This document shows positions 1 to 10,518 of a stretch of 64,000 bases of DNA, piece by piece (position 1 is the first letter of the stretch; each line of letters opens with the position of its first letter). The notes beneath the pieces were generated by a model. It worked only from the letters and a program-made list of their open reading frames with translations. It had not been told where the DNA came from and searched no databases. Where the stretch lies: the NCBI GenBank assembly GCA_051859245.1, contig JBHYGA010000004.1:96001-160000 (forward strand), written 5' to 3'. The position numbers and the translations under genes are program-made. Source of the DNA: Gemmatimonadaceae bacterium (lineage in GTDB: Bacteria; Gemmatimonadota; Gemmatimonadetes; Gemmatimonadales; Gemmatimonadaceae).

Positions 1-1648
1 CGCGGAGAAATCCTGCCGCCTGCTCAAACGCCTTGGCACCCAGACGCGGCACTTCCTTGAGTTCAGCGCGTGATCGCAACCCGCCGCGTGAATCACGCAG
101 CGACACAATCGCCTGTGCCAGCGACGGGCCAATGCCCGCCACATACGAAAGCAACGCGGCAGATGCCGTATTCACTTCTACGCCAACACGATTCACACAT
201 GACATCACCGTGTCATCCAGTCGCGATTTCAAACGCGGTTGATTGACATCATGCTGATACTGACCCACGCCGATGCTCTTGGGATCGATCTTCACGAGCT
301 CCGCGAGAGGGTCCTGCAAGCGACGGGCGATGGACACGGCGCCGCGCAACGACACGTCGAGCTCCGGGAACTCCGCGCGCGCGATGTCGCTGGCCGAGTA
401 TACGCTGGCGCCCGCTTCGCTCACCACCACCACCTGCGGTACGGGCGGGTCGAGTTCACGCAACGACGCTTTGACCAGCGTTTCGGTTTCACGACTGGCC
501 GTGCCGTTGCCAACAGCAATCAGGTCTGGCGTAAATCGCTGGACGAGCGCGCGCACCGCACCGGCAAATCGATCTTCCTGATGCAAGTACAAGGTGTCGG
601 TGTGCACCAACGCACCCGTTGCACTCACCACCGCAACTTTCACGCCGGTACGAAAGCCCGGATCGAATCCGATCACGCGCTTCTCGCCTGCGGGTGCAGA
701 CAACAGCAGCTGTTCCAGATTGCGTCCAAAGATCACGATCGCTTCATCATCAGCGCGCGTCTTGAGCTCAACCCGAAGCTCCACTTCAATCGCAGAAGCA
801 AGCAGTCGTTTGTACGCATCGGCGGCAACCAGCGTGAGCTGCGTGTGCGCACGGCGCTCCTCCGTCAGTTCGCGCGTCAGACGCCCCACAATCTGCTCGG
901 CCGGTGCCACGACTTGCCACTGCAGTTCACCCTCGGCTTCGCCGCGACGAATCGCCAGCATGCGATGGCTCGGAATAGTGCCCAGCGCTTCTTCAAAGTC
1001 GAAATAGTCCTTGAAGCGCGACGCATCGCTGGCCTTGCCCGTCATCACCACGCTTTTCACGCGGCCCTGCGCACGCGTGAGCTCGCGCACCCAGCCGCGA
1101 ACCACCGCGTCTTCGGCCACCTGCTCCGACAAAATGTCGCGCGCGCCCTGCAGCGCCGCAGCTACGTCCGGCACTTCGTCGTTCACGAACGTGGCCGCGA
1201 GTGCGTCGACCGCCGCGTCATCAACGGTTCCGTTCCACACTTGCTCCGCCAGCGGACCAAGTCCGCGTTCGCGCGCAATCATGGCACGCGTGCGCCGCTT
1301 GGGCTTGAACGGGAGATACAAATCTTCAAGCGCCTGCTTGCTGTCGGCTTTCAGGATGGTTGCCCGCAACGCGTCATCCAGCTTGCCCTGCTCCTCGATG
1401 CTGCGCAGAATCGCGGCGCGGCGATCCTCCATTTCGGTGAGGTATGCCGATCGCTCCTGCACGTCGCGCAGCTGTACTTCATCGAGCCCACCGGTTGCCT
1501 CTTTGCGATATCGGGCGATGAAGGGCAGCGTATTGCCTTCATCGAACAGCGCCAGCGTGTCCCGGACCTGCGCCGGCGTCAGCGAGAGTTCACGGGCCAC
1601 GCGCGCGACGATATCGGCGGCGGTTGGGGACGAAAGGACAGCGGGCAT
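1..1648 (-). CDS. tex: Tex family RNA-binding transcriptional accessory protein (runs off left edge)
   Basis: Not in the ORF track. Minus-strand translation from ATG 1648 gives MPAVLSSPTAADIVARVARELSL...LFDEGNTLPFIARYRKEATGGLDEVQLR...LEDLYLPFKPKRRTRA, the hallmark Tex N-terminal motifs. Confidence 0.95.
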   Translation of the reverse strand, partial: MPAVLSSPTAADIVARVARELSLTPAQVRDTLALFDEGNTLPFIARYRKEATGGLDEVQLRDVQERSAYLTEMEDRRAAILRSIEEQGKLDDALRATILKADSKQALEDLYLPFKPKRRTRAMIARERGLGPLAEQVWNGTVDDAAVDALAATFVNDEVPDVAAALQGARDILSEQVAEDAVVRGWVRELTRAQGRVKSVVMTGKASDASRFKDYFDFEEALGTIPSHRMLAIRRGEAEGELQWQVVAPAEQIVGRLTRELTEERRAHTQLTLVAADAYKRLLASAIEVELRVELKTRADDEAIVIFGRNLEQLLLSAPAGEKRVIGFDPGFRTGVKVAVVSATGALVHTDTLYLHQEDRFAGAVRALVQRFTPDLIAVGNGTASRETETLVKASLRELDPPVPQVVVVSEAGASVYSASDIARAEFPELDVSLRGAVSIARRLQDPLAELVKIDPKSIGVGQYQHDVNQPRLKSRLDDTVMSCVNRVGVEVNTASAALLSYVAGIGPSLAQAIVSLRDSRGGLRSRAELKEVPRLGAKAFEQAAGFLR

Positions 1649-1818
1649 GGGGCGTCGTGCGTAGGCAAGTCGAGTGAAGCAGGCGCGAGCACAGCCAGAA
1701 CTGCGCGCGCGGTGGCGAGGGCGCATATTGTGCCGAGCCGCTCGCGCGGGCAACGGCTTGACTTCCCCCGCGCATCGATCTTACCACGTCCGTATCCCAC
1801 CTCCGGAGAGTCATCCGC

Positions 1819-4419
1819 ATGCAGTTCCCGAGTTCGCCGAGCGCCATTCGCGCCTCGCGTTTTCCGCGTTTTACCACCTCGGCCGCACTCGCGGCGATGT
1901 GCGCAGCGTTCGCTCTGCCGGTCGCCGAGTCGCACGCGCAACCGCCATCGCTGCTGCCACCGCCCACACAAACGGTGCGTGTCAATCGCGCGAACTGGAC
2001 GCTGGCGGATCGTTTCAGCGTCGCGAACATGCGCAATCTCGCCTTCAGCACATCAGTGGCGCCTCGCTGGCTCGGTGAAACGGATTCGATGTTCTACAAC
2101 TGGCGCGACAAGAATGGCGGCACGTTCTACCTCGTAGTACCGACCACGCGTACCAAGCGTCCGCTCTTCGATCATGTGAAGCTCGCCGAAGAACTCTCGC
2201 GTTTGCATCGCAAACCGTACGAACCGGGAAAGTTGCCATTCACCACGCTCAACTTCACGAAAGACCACAAGAAGATTCGTTTCCAGGTGGATTCCACGCG
2301 CTACGAGTGGAATCTGGCCGCAGAAACGCTCTCCAGCCTTGGGATCTGGCGTCGCGACTCGGTAGCCGTGGACGAAGAACGCGAGCAGGGCGGTGGTGGT
2401 GGCGGACAAGGTGGACCCGGCGGCGCTCCCGAGTTCCGCAACTTTTCGCCCGACAGCACCGCGTTCGCCTTCGCGCGCGACCACAACCTGTTCGTGGTGG
2501 ACGTGAAAACCGGCGACACCGTGCAGCTGAGCACCGACGGTGCGAAGGACTACAGCTTTGGTTTTCGCGATACATCGACCACCAATCAACAACAGCAGCA
2601 GGACGACGATCAGCAGGACAATCAGAACACGCAGGGACAGCAAAGCCGCAGCCGCGATCCACGCGTGCGCGCCAGCGTGAGCTGGTCGCCGGATTCGCGT
2701 TCGTTCACCGTGCAGCGCAACGATTCGCGCAAAGTGAAGGAATTGTATTTGGTGAACGTACTGTCGAACCCGCGGCCAACGCTGAGCTCGTACAAGTACT
2801 CCATGCCGGGCGAAGCAGATGTGAGCCAGCAGGAGCTGTTCGTGTACACGCGCGGCGAGAAGACGCTGCGCAAGGTGCCCGTGGACAAGTGGAAAGATCA
2901 GCGCGTGAGCAACGTGCACTGGCCTGTCAAATCGGAAACGTTCCGACTGGTGCGACGCGATCGGTTGCAGCGCAACATGGAGCTGGTGGAAGTGAACACG
3001 GCCACGTTGGCCATGAAAACGCTGCTGACCGAGTCCGTTGAGAATGCGTTTCTTGAAATTCAGCCGGTGCGTTACGTCACGCGTGGTGGCGATTTTGTCT
3101 GGTTCTCCGAGCGCAGCGGCTGGGGTCACTACTATCTGTACAGTCATGATGGTACGTACAAGCGTCCGCTGACCAGCGGCATGTGGCGCGCCGAGAATGT
3201 GGTGGAGCAGGACACGGTGCGCGGCACGATGTTCATCAGTGGTGTAGGACGCGAGCCGGGACCGAACCCGTACCTGCGTCATACCTACCGCATGAACGGT
3301 GACGGTTCCGGCTTCACGCATGTCACGCCTGGCGCCTACGATCACGCAACGCGCGTGTCACCCACCAAGCGATTCATTGTTGACAACTACTCGCGCTCCG
3401 ACACGATTCCCGTTGCCGTCGTGCGCGATGCGGCCACGGGTCGCGTGGTGATGCCGCTGGAAGTAATGGATGACTCGCGCATTCGTGAAATGGGCTGGTC
3501 GCCACCAGTGCCGTTCACCACCAAAGCCGCCGATGGAACCACCGACATCTACGGCAACATGTGGAAGCCCGCCGACTTTGATTCCACCAAGAAGTATCCG
3601 ATCATTGCGTACGTGTATCCGGGTCCGCAAACTGAACAGGTCACAAGCGGATTCAGCACCGGCGGTGTGATGCAGCAGTTGGCGCAGCTGGGCTTTGTCG
3701 TGATTCAGATTGGAAACCGTGGTGGCACACCGCAGCGCTCCAACGCCTATCACAGCTTCGGCTACTACAACCTGCGCGACTACGCGTTGGCTGACAAAAA
3801 GACGGGTATCGAGCAGCTCGCCGCACGCCATTCATTCATCGACATTGATCGCGTGGGCATTTACGGTCACTCCGGTGGTGGTTTCCTTACGGCGGCCGCA
3901 CTCATGTTGCCGCCGTACAATGATTTCTTCAAAGTGGGTGTGTCGTCGGCCGGCAATCACGACAACAACATTTACAATCAGAACTGGAGTGAGCAGCACC
4001 ATGGACTGCGCGTGATCACCGAGCGTCGCGACACCACCCAGCGTGGTCGCACGAATGGCGGGAACGGTGGCGCGCGCACGCAGACGCAGACGCAGGGACG
4101 CAACGGCGCACGTGTCGTCGCAGTGGATGATTCCACGCGCTACGAAATCCGCGTACCCACGAACGCGGAGCTCGCGGAGAACCTGAAAGGCAAGCTGCTG
4201 CTCGTGCACGGCGACATGGACAACAACGTGCACCCCGGCAATACCATTCGTCTCGTCGACGCGCTCATCAAAGCCAACAAGCGCTTCGACATGATGATGC
4301 TGCCGGGCCAAGCGCACGGCTTCGGGCCCATGCAGCCGTACTTCAATCGCATGCTCATGGAATACTTCGCCGAGCACCTCATGGGCGATTACTACCGCGC
4401 CACGGCCGAGATTCGCTAA
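1819..4419 (+). CDS. Exported S9B dipeptidyl-peptidase IV family serine peptidase
   Basis: GGAGAG SD; signal-peptide-like N-terminus; KKYPIIAYVYPGPQ, nucleophile motif GHSGGG, HGDMDNNVHP, GQAHGF. Confidence 0.93.
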   Translation: MQFPSSPSAIRASRFPRFTTSAALAAMCAAFALPVAESHAQPPSLLPPPTQTVRVNRANWTLADRFSVANMRNLAFSTSVAPRWLGETDSMFYNWRDKNGGTFYLVVPTTRTKRPLFDHVKLAEELSRLHRKPYEPGKLPFTTLNFTKDHKKIRFQVDSTRYEWNLAAETLSSLGIWRRDSVAVDEEREQGGGGGGQGGPGGAPEFRNFSPDSTAFAFARDHNLFVVDVKTGDTVQLSTDGAKDYSFGFRDTSTTNQQQQQDDDQQDNQNTQGQQSRSRDPRVRASVSWSPDSRSFTVQRNDSRKVKELYLVNVLSNPRPTLSSYKYSMPGEADVSQQELFVYTRGEKTLRKVPVDKWKDQRVSNVHWPVKSETFRLVRRDRLQRNMELVEVNTATLAMKTLLTESVENAFLEIQPVRYVTRGGDFVWFSERSGWGHYYLYSHDGTYKRPLTSGMWRAENVVEQDTVRGTMFISGVGREPGPNPYLRHTYRMNGDGSGFTHVTPGAYDHATRVSPTKRFIVDNYSRSDTIPVAVVRDAATGRVVMPLEVMDDSRIREMGWSPPVPFTTKAADGTTDIYGNMWKPADFDSTKKYPIIAYVYPGPQTEQVTSGFSTGGVMQQLAQLGFVVIQIGNRGGTPQRSNAYHSFGYYNLRDYALADKKTGIEQLAARHSFIDIDRVGIYGHSGGGFLTAAALMLPPYNDFFKVGVSSAGNHDNNIYNQNWSEQHHGLRVITERRDTTQRGRTNGGNGGARTQTQTQGRNGARVVAVDDSTRYEIRVPTNAELAENLKGKLLLVHGDMDNNVHPGNTIRLVDALIKANKRFDMMMLPGQAHGFGPMQPYFNRMLMEYFAEHLMGDYYRATAEIR

Positions 4420-4446
4420 CGAGGCCAGTGCGCCAGGTCACACACG

Positions 4447-4483
4447 AACGCGGCCGGTTGTCTGATAGACAACCGGCCGCGTT
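4447..4483. terminator. Perfect 17-bp hairpin after the S9 peptidase (terminator or mRNA-stabilising stem)
   Basis: AACGCGGCCGGTTGTCT-GAT-AGACAACCGGCCGCGTT, ~27 nt after the stop codon; U-tract is short. Confidence 0.6.
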
Positions 4484-4719
4484 TCGCATGTCCTGCACCG
4501 GCAAGCACTTCCGCTTCGCTCCCGGCGCTCCGGTGGAGCGCCGGCACTACCCTCGTCGCCCAGAGTCGGAAAGCCGAATCGGGCAGGCCATTCATCAGGT
4601 ACCCCAAGAATGCGTCTGAGGTGTCATCTTGGCGTCATCATCCCTTGCAGTTGCGAAAGCACACGGCCACGTGCAGCGTGAGAGTTCCCACCGGCCCGTT
4701 TCTCGGCTCACGCCACGCC

Positions 4720-6501
4720 ATGACCACTTCAACGCCTTCTGCGGCCCCATGCGGGGCTCGACGCCACGCGCTGGTGCGATACCTCGCCATCGCGATGGTG
4801 ACCAGTTCGCTGGCCGTAGCGCCAACCCTCGCACAGGTCGTCGGTGCGCCGACTGCCCTGGCACCTGCGCTTCGCGAGGCTGCCGATAGTGTGGTTGCGC
4901 TATCACGCGGTTCCGCTGGCACCGTGGGGACCGCAGAGCAAGCCGACCAACTCCGTTCCGTGCAATGGCACCGCACGGATCGCATTGTGGCCATGCTTCG
5001 CGAGATCGACCCCAGCACCCTGCGAACGCGCAACGAGCAGCTGCTCTTTGACAACGTGCGGGAAACGCTGGCCGGCAGTGTTGCCGGCCGGACGTGTCGC
5101 ATGCACCTCTGGTATGCGCCGAATCCGTTTGCCGGTTGGCACATCAACGCGTCGAACTGGGCTCGCAACGTAGCGGTTGGTGACTCGGCATCCCGAGAGC
5201 ATGCGCTCGCGGCGCTGCGCGCCATTGCAAGTGCGGTGCAGCTCGAACGTGCGATGTTGCAACGCGGGCTCGACAGCGGCGTCGTCTCAAGTCAACAAGT
5301 GATCGCAGTTGCCATCCGGCAGTTCAACGATCTCATGCCGGAAGACGCACTCGCGTCTCCGCTTGCCGCCCCGCTCACACGCGATACATCACGCGCATTT
5401 ACTGCCGAGTTTCTGAGCGTACTGCGTGAGCGCGTGTATCCGGTCGCTCGCGAGTACACCACCTGGCTTGAAACGCATTATCTGCCGCGTGCACGACGCG
5501 ACGGCTCTTTGCGTACGCTTGAGAACGCCGGCGACTGCTATCGCGCCACAATGCGCGAGCGTACATCGTCAGACGCCGATCCCGAACTGCTCATGCAGGA
5601 ATCGCGCAGCGAGATTGATCGCATTACGCGTGCGCTTGCACCCATGATGCAGCGTCTCACGAATACCAACGTGTCGGACGGGGTGCGCGTGCTCAAGTCA
5701 GATGCACGCTTCACCTTTGCGTCGCGAGACAGCATACTCGCCGCGTATCGCACGGTCACAGAGCGTGCCGCAACGCGGATCGATCGTGTCATGGCCGGCT
5801 TCTTGGCGGAATCCGTCGTGGTGACTCCGTATCCCGAGTTTCAGGAGCGCGCTGGTCTGCCACCGAGCTATCAGCGTGCTCCGGATGATCGCAGCCGACC
5901 AGCGTGGTTTCTGATCAACCTCGCGAGACCCGAGCGAATGGCCGTCGCCAACGCCGTCGCACACGAGGCGTACCCGGGTCACCATTTACAACGCATCGCT
6001 GCGGCGCAGGCTACGAACATTCACCCGGTCATGCGCACCCTGAACGTGAGTGCATTCACTGAGGGATGGGGCATCTATGCCGAAGACCTCGGCGCGGAGA
6101 TGGGGTTGTACACCACGCCACTCGACAGTGTCGGACATCTCGTACATTTGCTCGACGTGGCCGTAGCGTATTATCTCGACGCCGGCACGCACATCAAAGG
6201 CTGGGACCGCAACACGCTTATCGATTCCATGTATGTGCTCGGCGGCCGCACACGTGCGCAAGCCGCGGACTACGCCGACCGGCACGCGGCAACGCCCGGA
6301 CAACTGGCCACGTACTACGTGGGCTATCGCGTGATTCGTTCCGCACGCGCGCGCGCCGAGGCGGCGCTTGGTGCAAAGTTCAGTTTGCCGCACTTCAATC
6401 GTGAAGTGGTGCGTCACGGCACCATCACACTGGCATCGCTCGGATCGAACATTGACGCATGGATCGCCAGTCAACGCGCCACTTCAGAGGGCTCACCATG
6501 A
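4720..6501 (+). CDS. DUF885 family exported protein (putative zinc peptidase)
   Basis: AHEAYPGHHLQ, AFTEGWGIYAE and PGQLATYYVG motifs; signal peptide. Start chosen at ATG 4720 (alternative GTG 4621). Stop overlaps next ATG (ATGA). Confidence 0.85.
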   Translation: MTTSTPSAAPCGARRHALVRYLAIAMVTSSLAVAPTLAQVVGAPTALAPALREAADSVVALSRGSAGTVGTAEQADQLRSVQWHRTDRIVAMLREIDPSTLRTRNEQLLFDNVRETLAGSVAGRTCRMHLWYAPNPFAGWHINASNWARNVAVGDSASREHALAALRAIASAVQLERAMLQRGLDSGVVSSQQVIAVAIRQFNDLMPEDALASPLAAPLTRDTSRAFTAEFLSVLRERVYPVAREYTTWLETHYLPRARRDGSLRTLENAGDCYRATMRERTSSDADPELLMQESRSEIDRITRALAPMMQRLTNTNVSDGVRVLKSDARFTFASRDSILAAYRTVTERAATRIDRVMAGFLAESVVVTPYPEFQERAGLPPSYQRAPDDRSRPAWFLINLARPERMAVANAVAHEAYPGHHLQRIAAAQATNIHPVMRTLNVSAFTEGWGIYAEDLGAEMGLYTTPLDSVGHLVHLLDVAVAYYLDAGTHIKGWDRNTLIDSMYVLGGRTRAQAADYADRHAATPGQLATYYVGYRVIRSARARAEAALGAKFSLPHFNREVVRHGTITLASLGSNIDAWIASQRATSEGSP

Positions 6502-7631
6502 ACAACCGTCGTGATTTTCTGCGCGCGTCCGCTCTGCTTGGCGGCGCCGCGCTCACCCGTGGTCTGCTGCCGCGCGTCGATCTGTTGAACGTTGTGCCAA
6601 CGCGCCCTGCAGCACGCGCACTCAAAGTGCTGGTACTTGGTGGCACCGGATTTATCGGACCGCACCTAGTGCGTCATCTCGTCGCGCGCGGGCACACGGT
6701 GTCCATTTTCACACGCGGCCGACGAGAAGCCGAACTGCCACAGTCCGTAGAGCGCCTCGTGGGCGACCGCGACGCGAAAGACGCCAACGGAAATCTCGCC
6801 GGCGACTACACCGCGCTGGCCGATCGCCGCTGGGATTTTGTATTCGACGACTCGGCGAACAACCCCGCCTGGGTGCAGCAATCCACGGAAGTACTGCGCA
6901 ACGCGGTCACGCGCTACCTGTTCGTATCGTCCACCGGCGTGTTCTATCCGTATCGCACCGTTGACATTACCGAGTCAACGCCGGTGCGCATGAGCATGAC
7001 GGAAGAAGCAGCGGACTCCTTCGGCGTCAACAAGTCCATCGCCGAAGCACGCACACGAGACGTATTTGGAGATCGCGCAATTGTGGTGCGTCCCACGTAC
7101 ATCGTCGGTCCTGGTGATGGCAGCGATCGATTTACGTACTGGCCCGTTCGACTTGCGCGCGGCGGCGAGGTGCTCGCGCCCGGCAAGCCTACTGATCGTT
7201 CACAGTTCATTGACGTGCGCGATCTGGCCGAGTTCATGGTGCACATTGCGGAGACCGGCGCAACGGGCACGTTCAATGTGGCGGGCCCCAGGGACACACT
7301 GACCTTCCCCGAGTTTCTCAACGCCGCGCGCGCCGCGATCAGTACACCAAGCACTCTCACGTGGGTGGACGACTACGATTTCCTCACGGAACAGAAGTTG
7401 ACCTTCGCCTGTCCGTGGGGTTTGCCGCGCGGCGATGTGCTTGGCATGATGGCCATCAGTCCGGCCAAGGCGATCGCCGCAGGCCTTACGTATCGCCCAA
7501 TCGAACGCACCGTGCGAGATACGCTGGCGTGGTGGAATACGCTCCCCGCTGATCGTCAGGCGCGCAATCGATTTGTGCTCACGGCGGAGCGGGAAGCCGA
7601 GATCCTCGCGGCGTGGAAGGCGCGGCGCTGA
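6498..7631 (+). CDS. NAD-dependent epimerase/dehydratase (atypical SDR) with Tat signal
   Basis: MNNRRDFLRASALLGG twin-arginine motif; VLVLGGTGFIG Rossmann motif; RPTYIVGPGD; QFIDVRDLAEF. Confidence 0.9.
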   Translation: MNNRRDFLRASALLGGAALTRGLLPRVDLLNVVPTRPAARALKVLVLGGTGFIGPHLVRHLVARGHTVSIFTRGRREAELPQSVERLVGDRDAKDANGNLAGDYTALADRRWDFVFDDSANNPAWVQQSTEVLRNAVTRYLFVSSTGVFYPYRTVDITESTPVRMSMTEEAADSFGVNKSIAEARTRDVFGDRAIVVRPTYIVGPGDGSDRFTYWPVRLARGGEVLAPGKPTDRSQFIDVRDLAEFMVHIAETGATGTFNVAGPRDTLTFPEFLNAARAAISTPSTLTWVDDYDFLTEQKLTFACPWGLPRGDVLGMMAISPAKAIAAGLTYRPIERTVRDTLAWWNTLPADRQARNRFVLTAEREAEILAAWKARR

Positions 7632-7772
7632 CCCGTCAGCACGCCAAAGGTACCCGCCTCAACCAGCGTGGTCGCTGCCGCGTATTTTTCAGGCGGTGCA
7701 TTTTGCCGCAGGCCTGACCTCATGGGCCGTGAGCCTCTGAAGTCGCTGTCCACTCATTTGGAGTCGCTGTCT

Positions 7773-9914
7773 ATGGTTCCGTCCGCTCTGCAGACGCTAG
7801 CTCACGCACGCGCCGCCCGCAGCCGCATTTACGCGGCGCTCCTGATGTCCGCAGCCGCGACGGCGTTACCGGCGGGTCTGCGTGCGCAGGACCGCCTGCC
7901 CTTCATGCCGGGCTACGCGCAGTTTCAGAAAATGCGCGGCGAGATCCCGAACGCGGTGCGTTCCGGCGCCATCACGCCAGTGTGGGAAGCAGACGGTCGC
8001 AGCTTCACCTACACCGCCGACGGCAAGCGCATGCGCTTTGACATCGCGTCGCGGTCGGCATCAGAAGCTCCGGCTGCCGGCGCGAATGGTGGTGCACGTG
8101 GCCCGGGTGGCCCGCGGGTGGAACGCGGACGTCAGGCCGAAGTCGCCTACACAGCGGACAGTGCACGCCGCGCGGTGCACCGTGATCGCAATCTGTACGT
8201 GCTCAATAAAGACGGAAGCGATGAACGCGCCGTGACGACCGATGGCAGCGCAGACAAGCGCATCAAGTACGGCACCGCCAGCTGGGTGTACGGCGAAGAA
8301 CTGGCACAAACCACCGCGATGTGGTGGTCACCTGACGGCAGCAAACTCGCGTACTATCGTTTTGATGAATCGCCGGTGCAGGACTATTTCCTGCAGCTGT
8401 CGCAGACAAAGATTCAGAGCACCATGGATACCGAAGCGTATCCCAAAGCGGGCAGCGCCAATCCGGTGGTTGATCTGTTCGTGTACGATGTTGCCACGAA
8501 CAAAAGTGTGCGCATTGATGTGCGCAGTGGCGCACCGTTTACCGACAGCACGGTTGGCCACTACGTCTATCGTGTGGGTTGGACACCAGACGGCAGCGCG
8601 ATCACGTTCAATCGCACCAACCGCCGGCAGAACGTGATGGAGTTTACAAGCTGCAGTCCAGCGAGCGGCGCGTGCCGTGCGATCGTGCGCGAAGAGTGGC
8701 TCGCCAGCTGGACCGACAATCGCCCCGACATTCGCTGGCTGGCCGACAATCAGCGTTTCATCTGGACATCAGAGCGCAACGGCTTCAAGAACTACTATCT
8801 GTATCACATGGACGGGCGGTTGCTCTCAACGCTCACGTCACACCCGTTCGAAGTGGCCGGCATTACGCGCGTGGATGAAAAAGCCGGACAGATGTGGTAC
8901 ATGGCGCGCAGCGGTGACAATCATATGAAGCTGCAGTTGCACCGCGTGTCGCTCTCGGGCAAGAACGACGTGCGTCTCACTGATCCGGCGTTCAATCACA
9001 CGGTCAATGTTTCGCCCGACGGCAAATACTTTGTTGATGTCGCACAAACGCACAACACGCCACCGGTGTCATCTGTTCGTGATGCCAACGGCAAGCTGGT
9101 CAAAGAACTGCTGCAAAGTGATGTGAGCAAAGCCACGGCACTCGGACTCAAGCCGGTGGAAATGTTCACCTTCAAAGCGGCTGACGGCGTGACCGAACTG
9201 CACGGCATGTTGCACAAGCCGAGCAACTTTGATCCGAGCAAGAAATATCCGGTGCTCGTGAGTGTGTACGGCGGCCCCGCCACCAACGGTGCACGCGAAA
9301 CGTTCAGTACACCCAACGCACTCACCGAATACGGTTTCCTTGTGCTCACGCTCGATGCACGCAGCGCGGCCGGTCGTGGCAAGAAATTCCTCGACGCGAT
9401 CTACGAAAGACTCGGCACCGTGGAAATTGACGACTTCGCGGCCGGCGTTCGCGAAATCGCCAAGCGTCCGTACGTTGATGGATCACGCGTTGGCGTGTTC
9501 GGCACATCGTACGGCGGTTACGCATCGGCCATGGCCCTGCTGCGTCACCCCGATGTATTTCACGCGGCCGCAGCCAGCAGCTCGGTCACCGATTGGCGTC
9601 ACTACGACACCATCTACACCGAACGCTACATGTACACGCCGCAGGCCAACGCGGCCGGTTACGATGCCGGTTCGGCGATGACCTACGCCGACAAGCTCAA
9701 AGGCCGTCTCATGATTTTCTACGGCACGGCCGACAACAACGTGCACCCGTCGAACAGCATGCAGCTCATCCAGGCCCTGCAGCGCGCCGGCAAGAGCTTC
9801 GATGTGCAGGTGGGACCGGATGTTGGCCACGCGGGACTGTCGCAGCCGCGCATGATGGAGTTCTTTATTGAACACCTCGTGCTGCCGCGCGCCGGCAACA
9901 CCGCCAGCAACTAG
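7773..9914 (+). CDS. Exported S9B dipeptidyl-peptidase IV family serine peptidase
   Basis: GGAG SD before ATG 7773; GTASWVYGEEL, WWSPDG, YPKAG, GTSYGG, YDTIYTERYM, GTADNNVHP. Confidence 0.93.
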   Translation: MVPSALQTLAHARAARSRIYAALLMSAAATALPAGLRAQDRLPFMPGYAQFQKMRGEIPNAVRSGAITPVWEADGRSFTYTADGKRMRFDIASRSASEAPAAGANGGARGPGGPRVERGRQAEVAYTADSARRAVHRDRNLYVLNKDGSDERAVTTDGSADKRIKYGTASWVYGEELAQTTAMWWSPDGSKLAYYRFDESPVQDYFLQLSQTKIQSTMDTEAYPKAGSANPVVDLFVYDVATNKSVRIDVRSGAPFTDSTVGHYVYRVGWTPDGSAITFNRTNRRQNVMEFTSCSPASGACRAIVREEWLASWTDNRPDIRWLADNQRFIWTSERNGFKNYYLYHMDGRLLSTLTSHPFEVAGITRVDEKAGQMWYMARSGDNHMKLQLHRVSLSGKNDVRLTDPAFNHTVNVSPDGKYFVDVAQTHNTPPVSSVRDANGKLVKELLQSDVSKATALGLKPVEMFTFKAADGVTELHGMLHKPSNFDPSKKYPVLVSVYGGPATNGARETFSTPNALTEYGFLVLTLDARSAAGRGKKFLDAIYERLGTVEIDDFAAGVREIAKRPYVDGSRVGVFGTSYGGYASAMALLRHPDVFHAAAASSSVTDWRHYDTIYTERYMYTPQANAAGYDAGSAMTYADKLKGRLMIFYGTADNNVHPSNSMQLIQALQRAGKSFDVQVGPDVGHAGLSQPRMMEFFIEHLVLPRAGNTASN

Positions 9915-9963
9915 AAAACGAGACCCGTGTGACCGCCGGACGATCTCAGGGGTTATCACTGCC

Positions 9964-10518
9964 ATGACCCCCACCGATGCCCAGATCGTTCGGCGCGTCC
10001 TGGGCGGTGACACGGAGGCCTTCCGGGGCCTCGTGGACCGCTACCACGACGACGCCGTGCGATACGCCACCCACCTGCTCGGCGACCACGCCGAAGCGGA
10101 AGACGCCGTTCAGGACACGTTCCTGCGCGCCTACCGCTACCTGGCGAGCTACCAGGAGCAGGACAAGTTTCGGGCGTGGCTCTGGCGCATTCTCGTGAAT
10201 CGCTGCCGTACGCGCCTCTCCGACCGTGCGCGACGCCCGGAACCGCGCGATTCGGCCGTCATCACCCAGCTCGTCGACGCCAACGCCGCCGCCCCTGACC
10301 ACGACCTCGACCGCGCCTTTTTGCGCGACGAGCTCGCTCAGGCGCTCGCCACCCTGCCCGCGGATCAACGCGAGGCGGTGGTGTTGCATTTCACGGAGGG
10401 GCTCTCCTATCCGGAAATGTCCGCCGTGACCGGCACCGGCGTGTCGGCGCTCAAAATGCGGGTCCATCGGGCCTGCGATCGACTGCGTACTCTGCTCTCG
10501 GATGTGATCCATGGCTGA
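9964..10518 (+). CDS. ECF RNA polymerase sigma factor
   Basis: AEDAVQDTFLRAYR, FRAWLWRILVNRCR (region 2); LPADQREAVVLHFTEGLSYPEMS...MRVHRA (region 4). Confidence 0.92.
   Translation: MTPTDAQIVRRVLGGDTEAFRGLVDRYHDDAVRYATHLLGDHAEAEDAVQDTFLRAYRYLASYQEQDKFRAWLWRILVNRCRTRLSDRARRPEPRDSAVITQLVDANAAAPDHDLDRAFLRDELAQALATLPADQREAVVLHFTEGLSYPEMSAVTGTGVSALKMRVHRACDRLRTLLSDVIHG

Noticed and set aside
239..2137. 632-aa plus-strand ORF
   Set aside because: Antisense shadow of tex, whose minus-strand frame carries the family motifs; it also overlaps the S9 gene.
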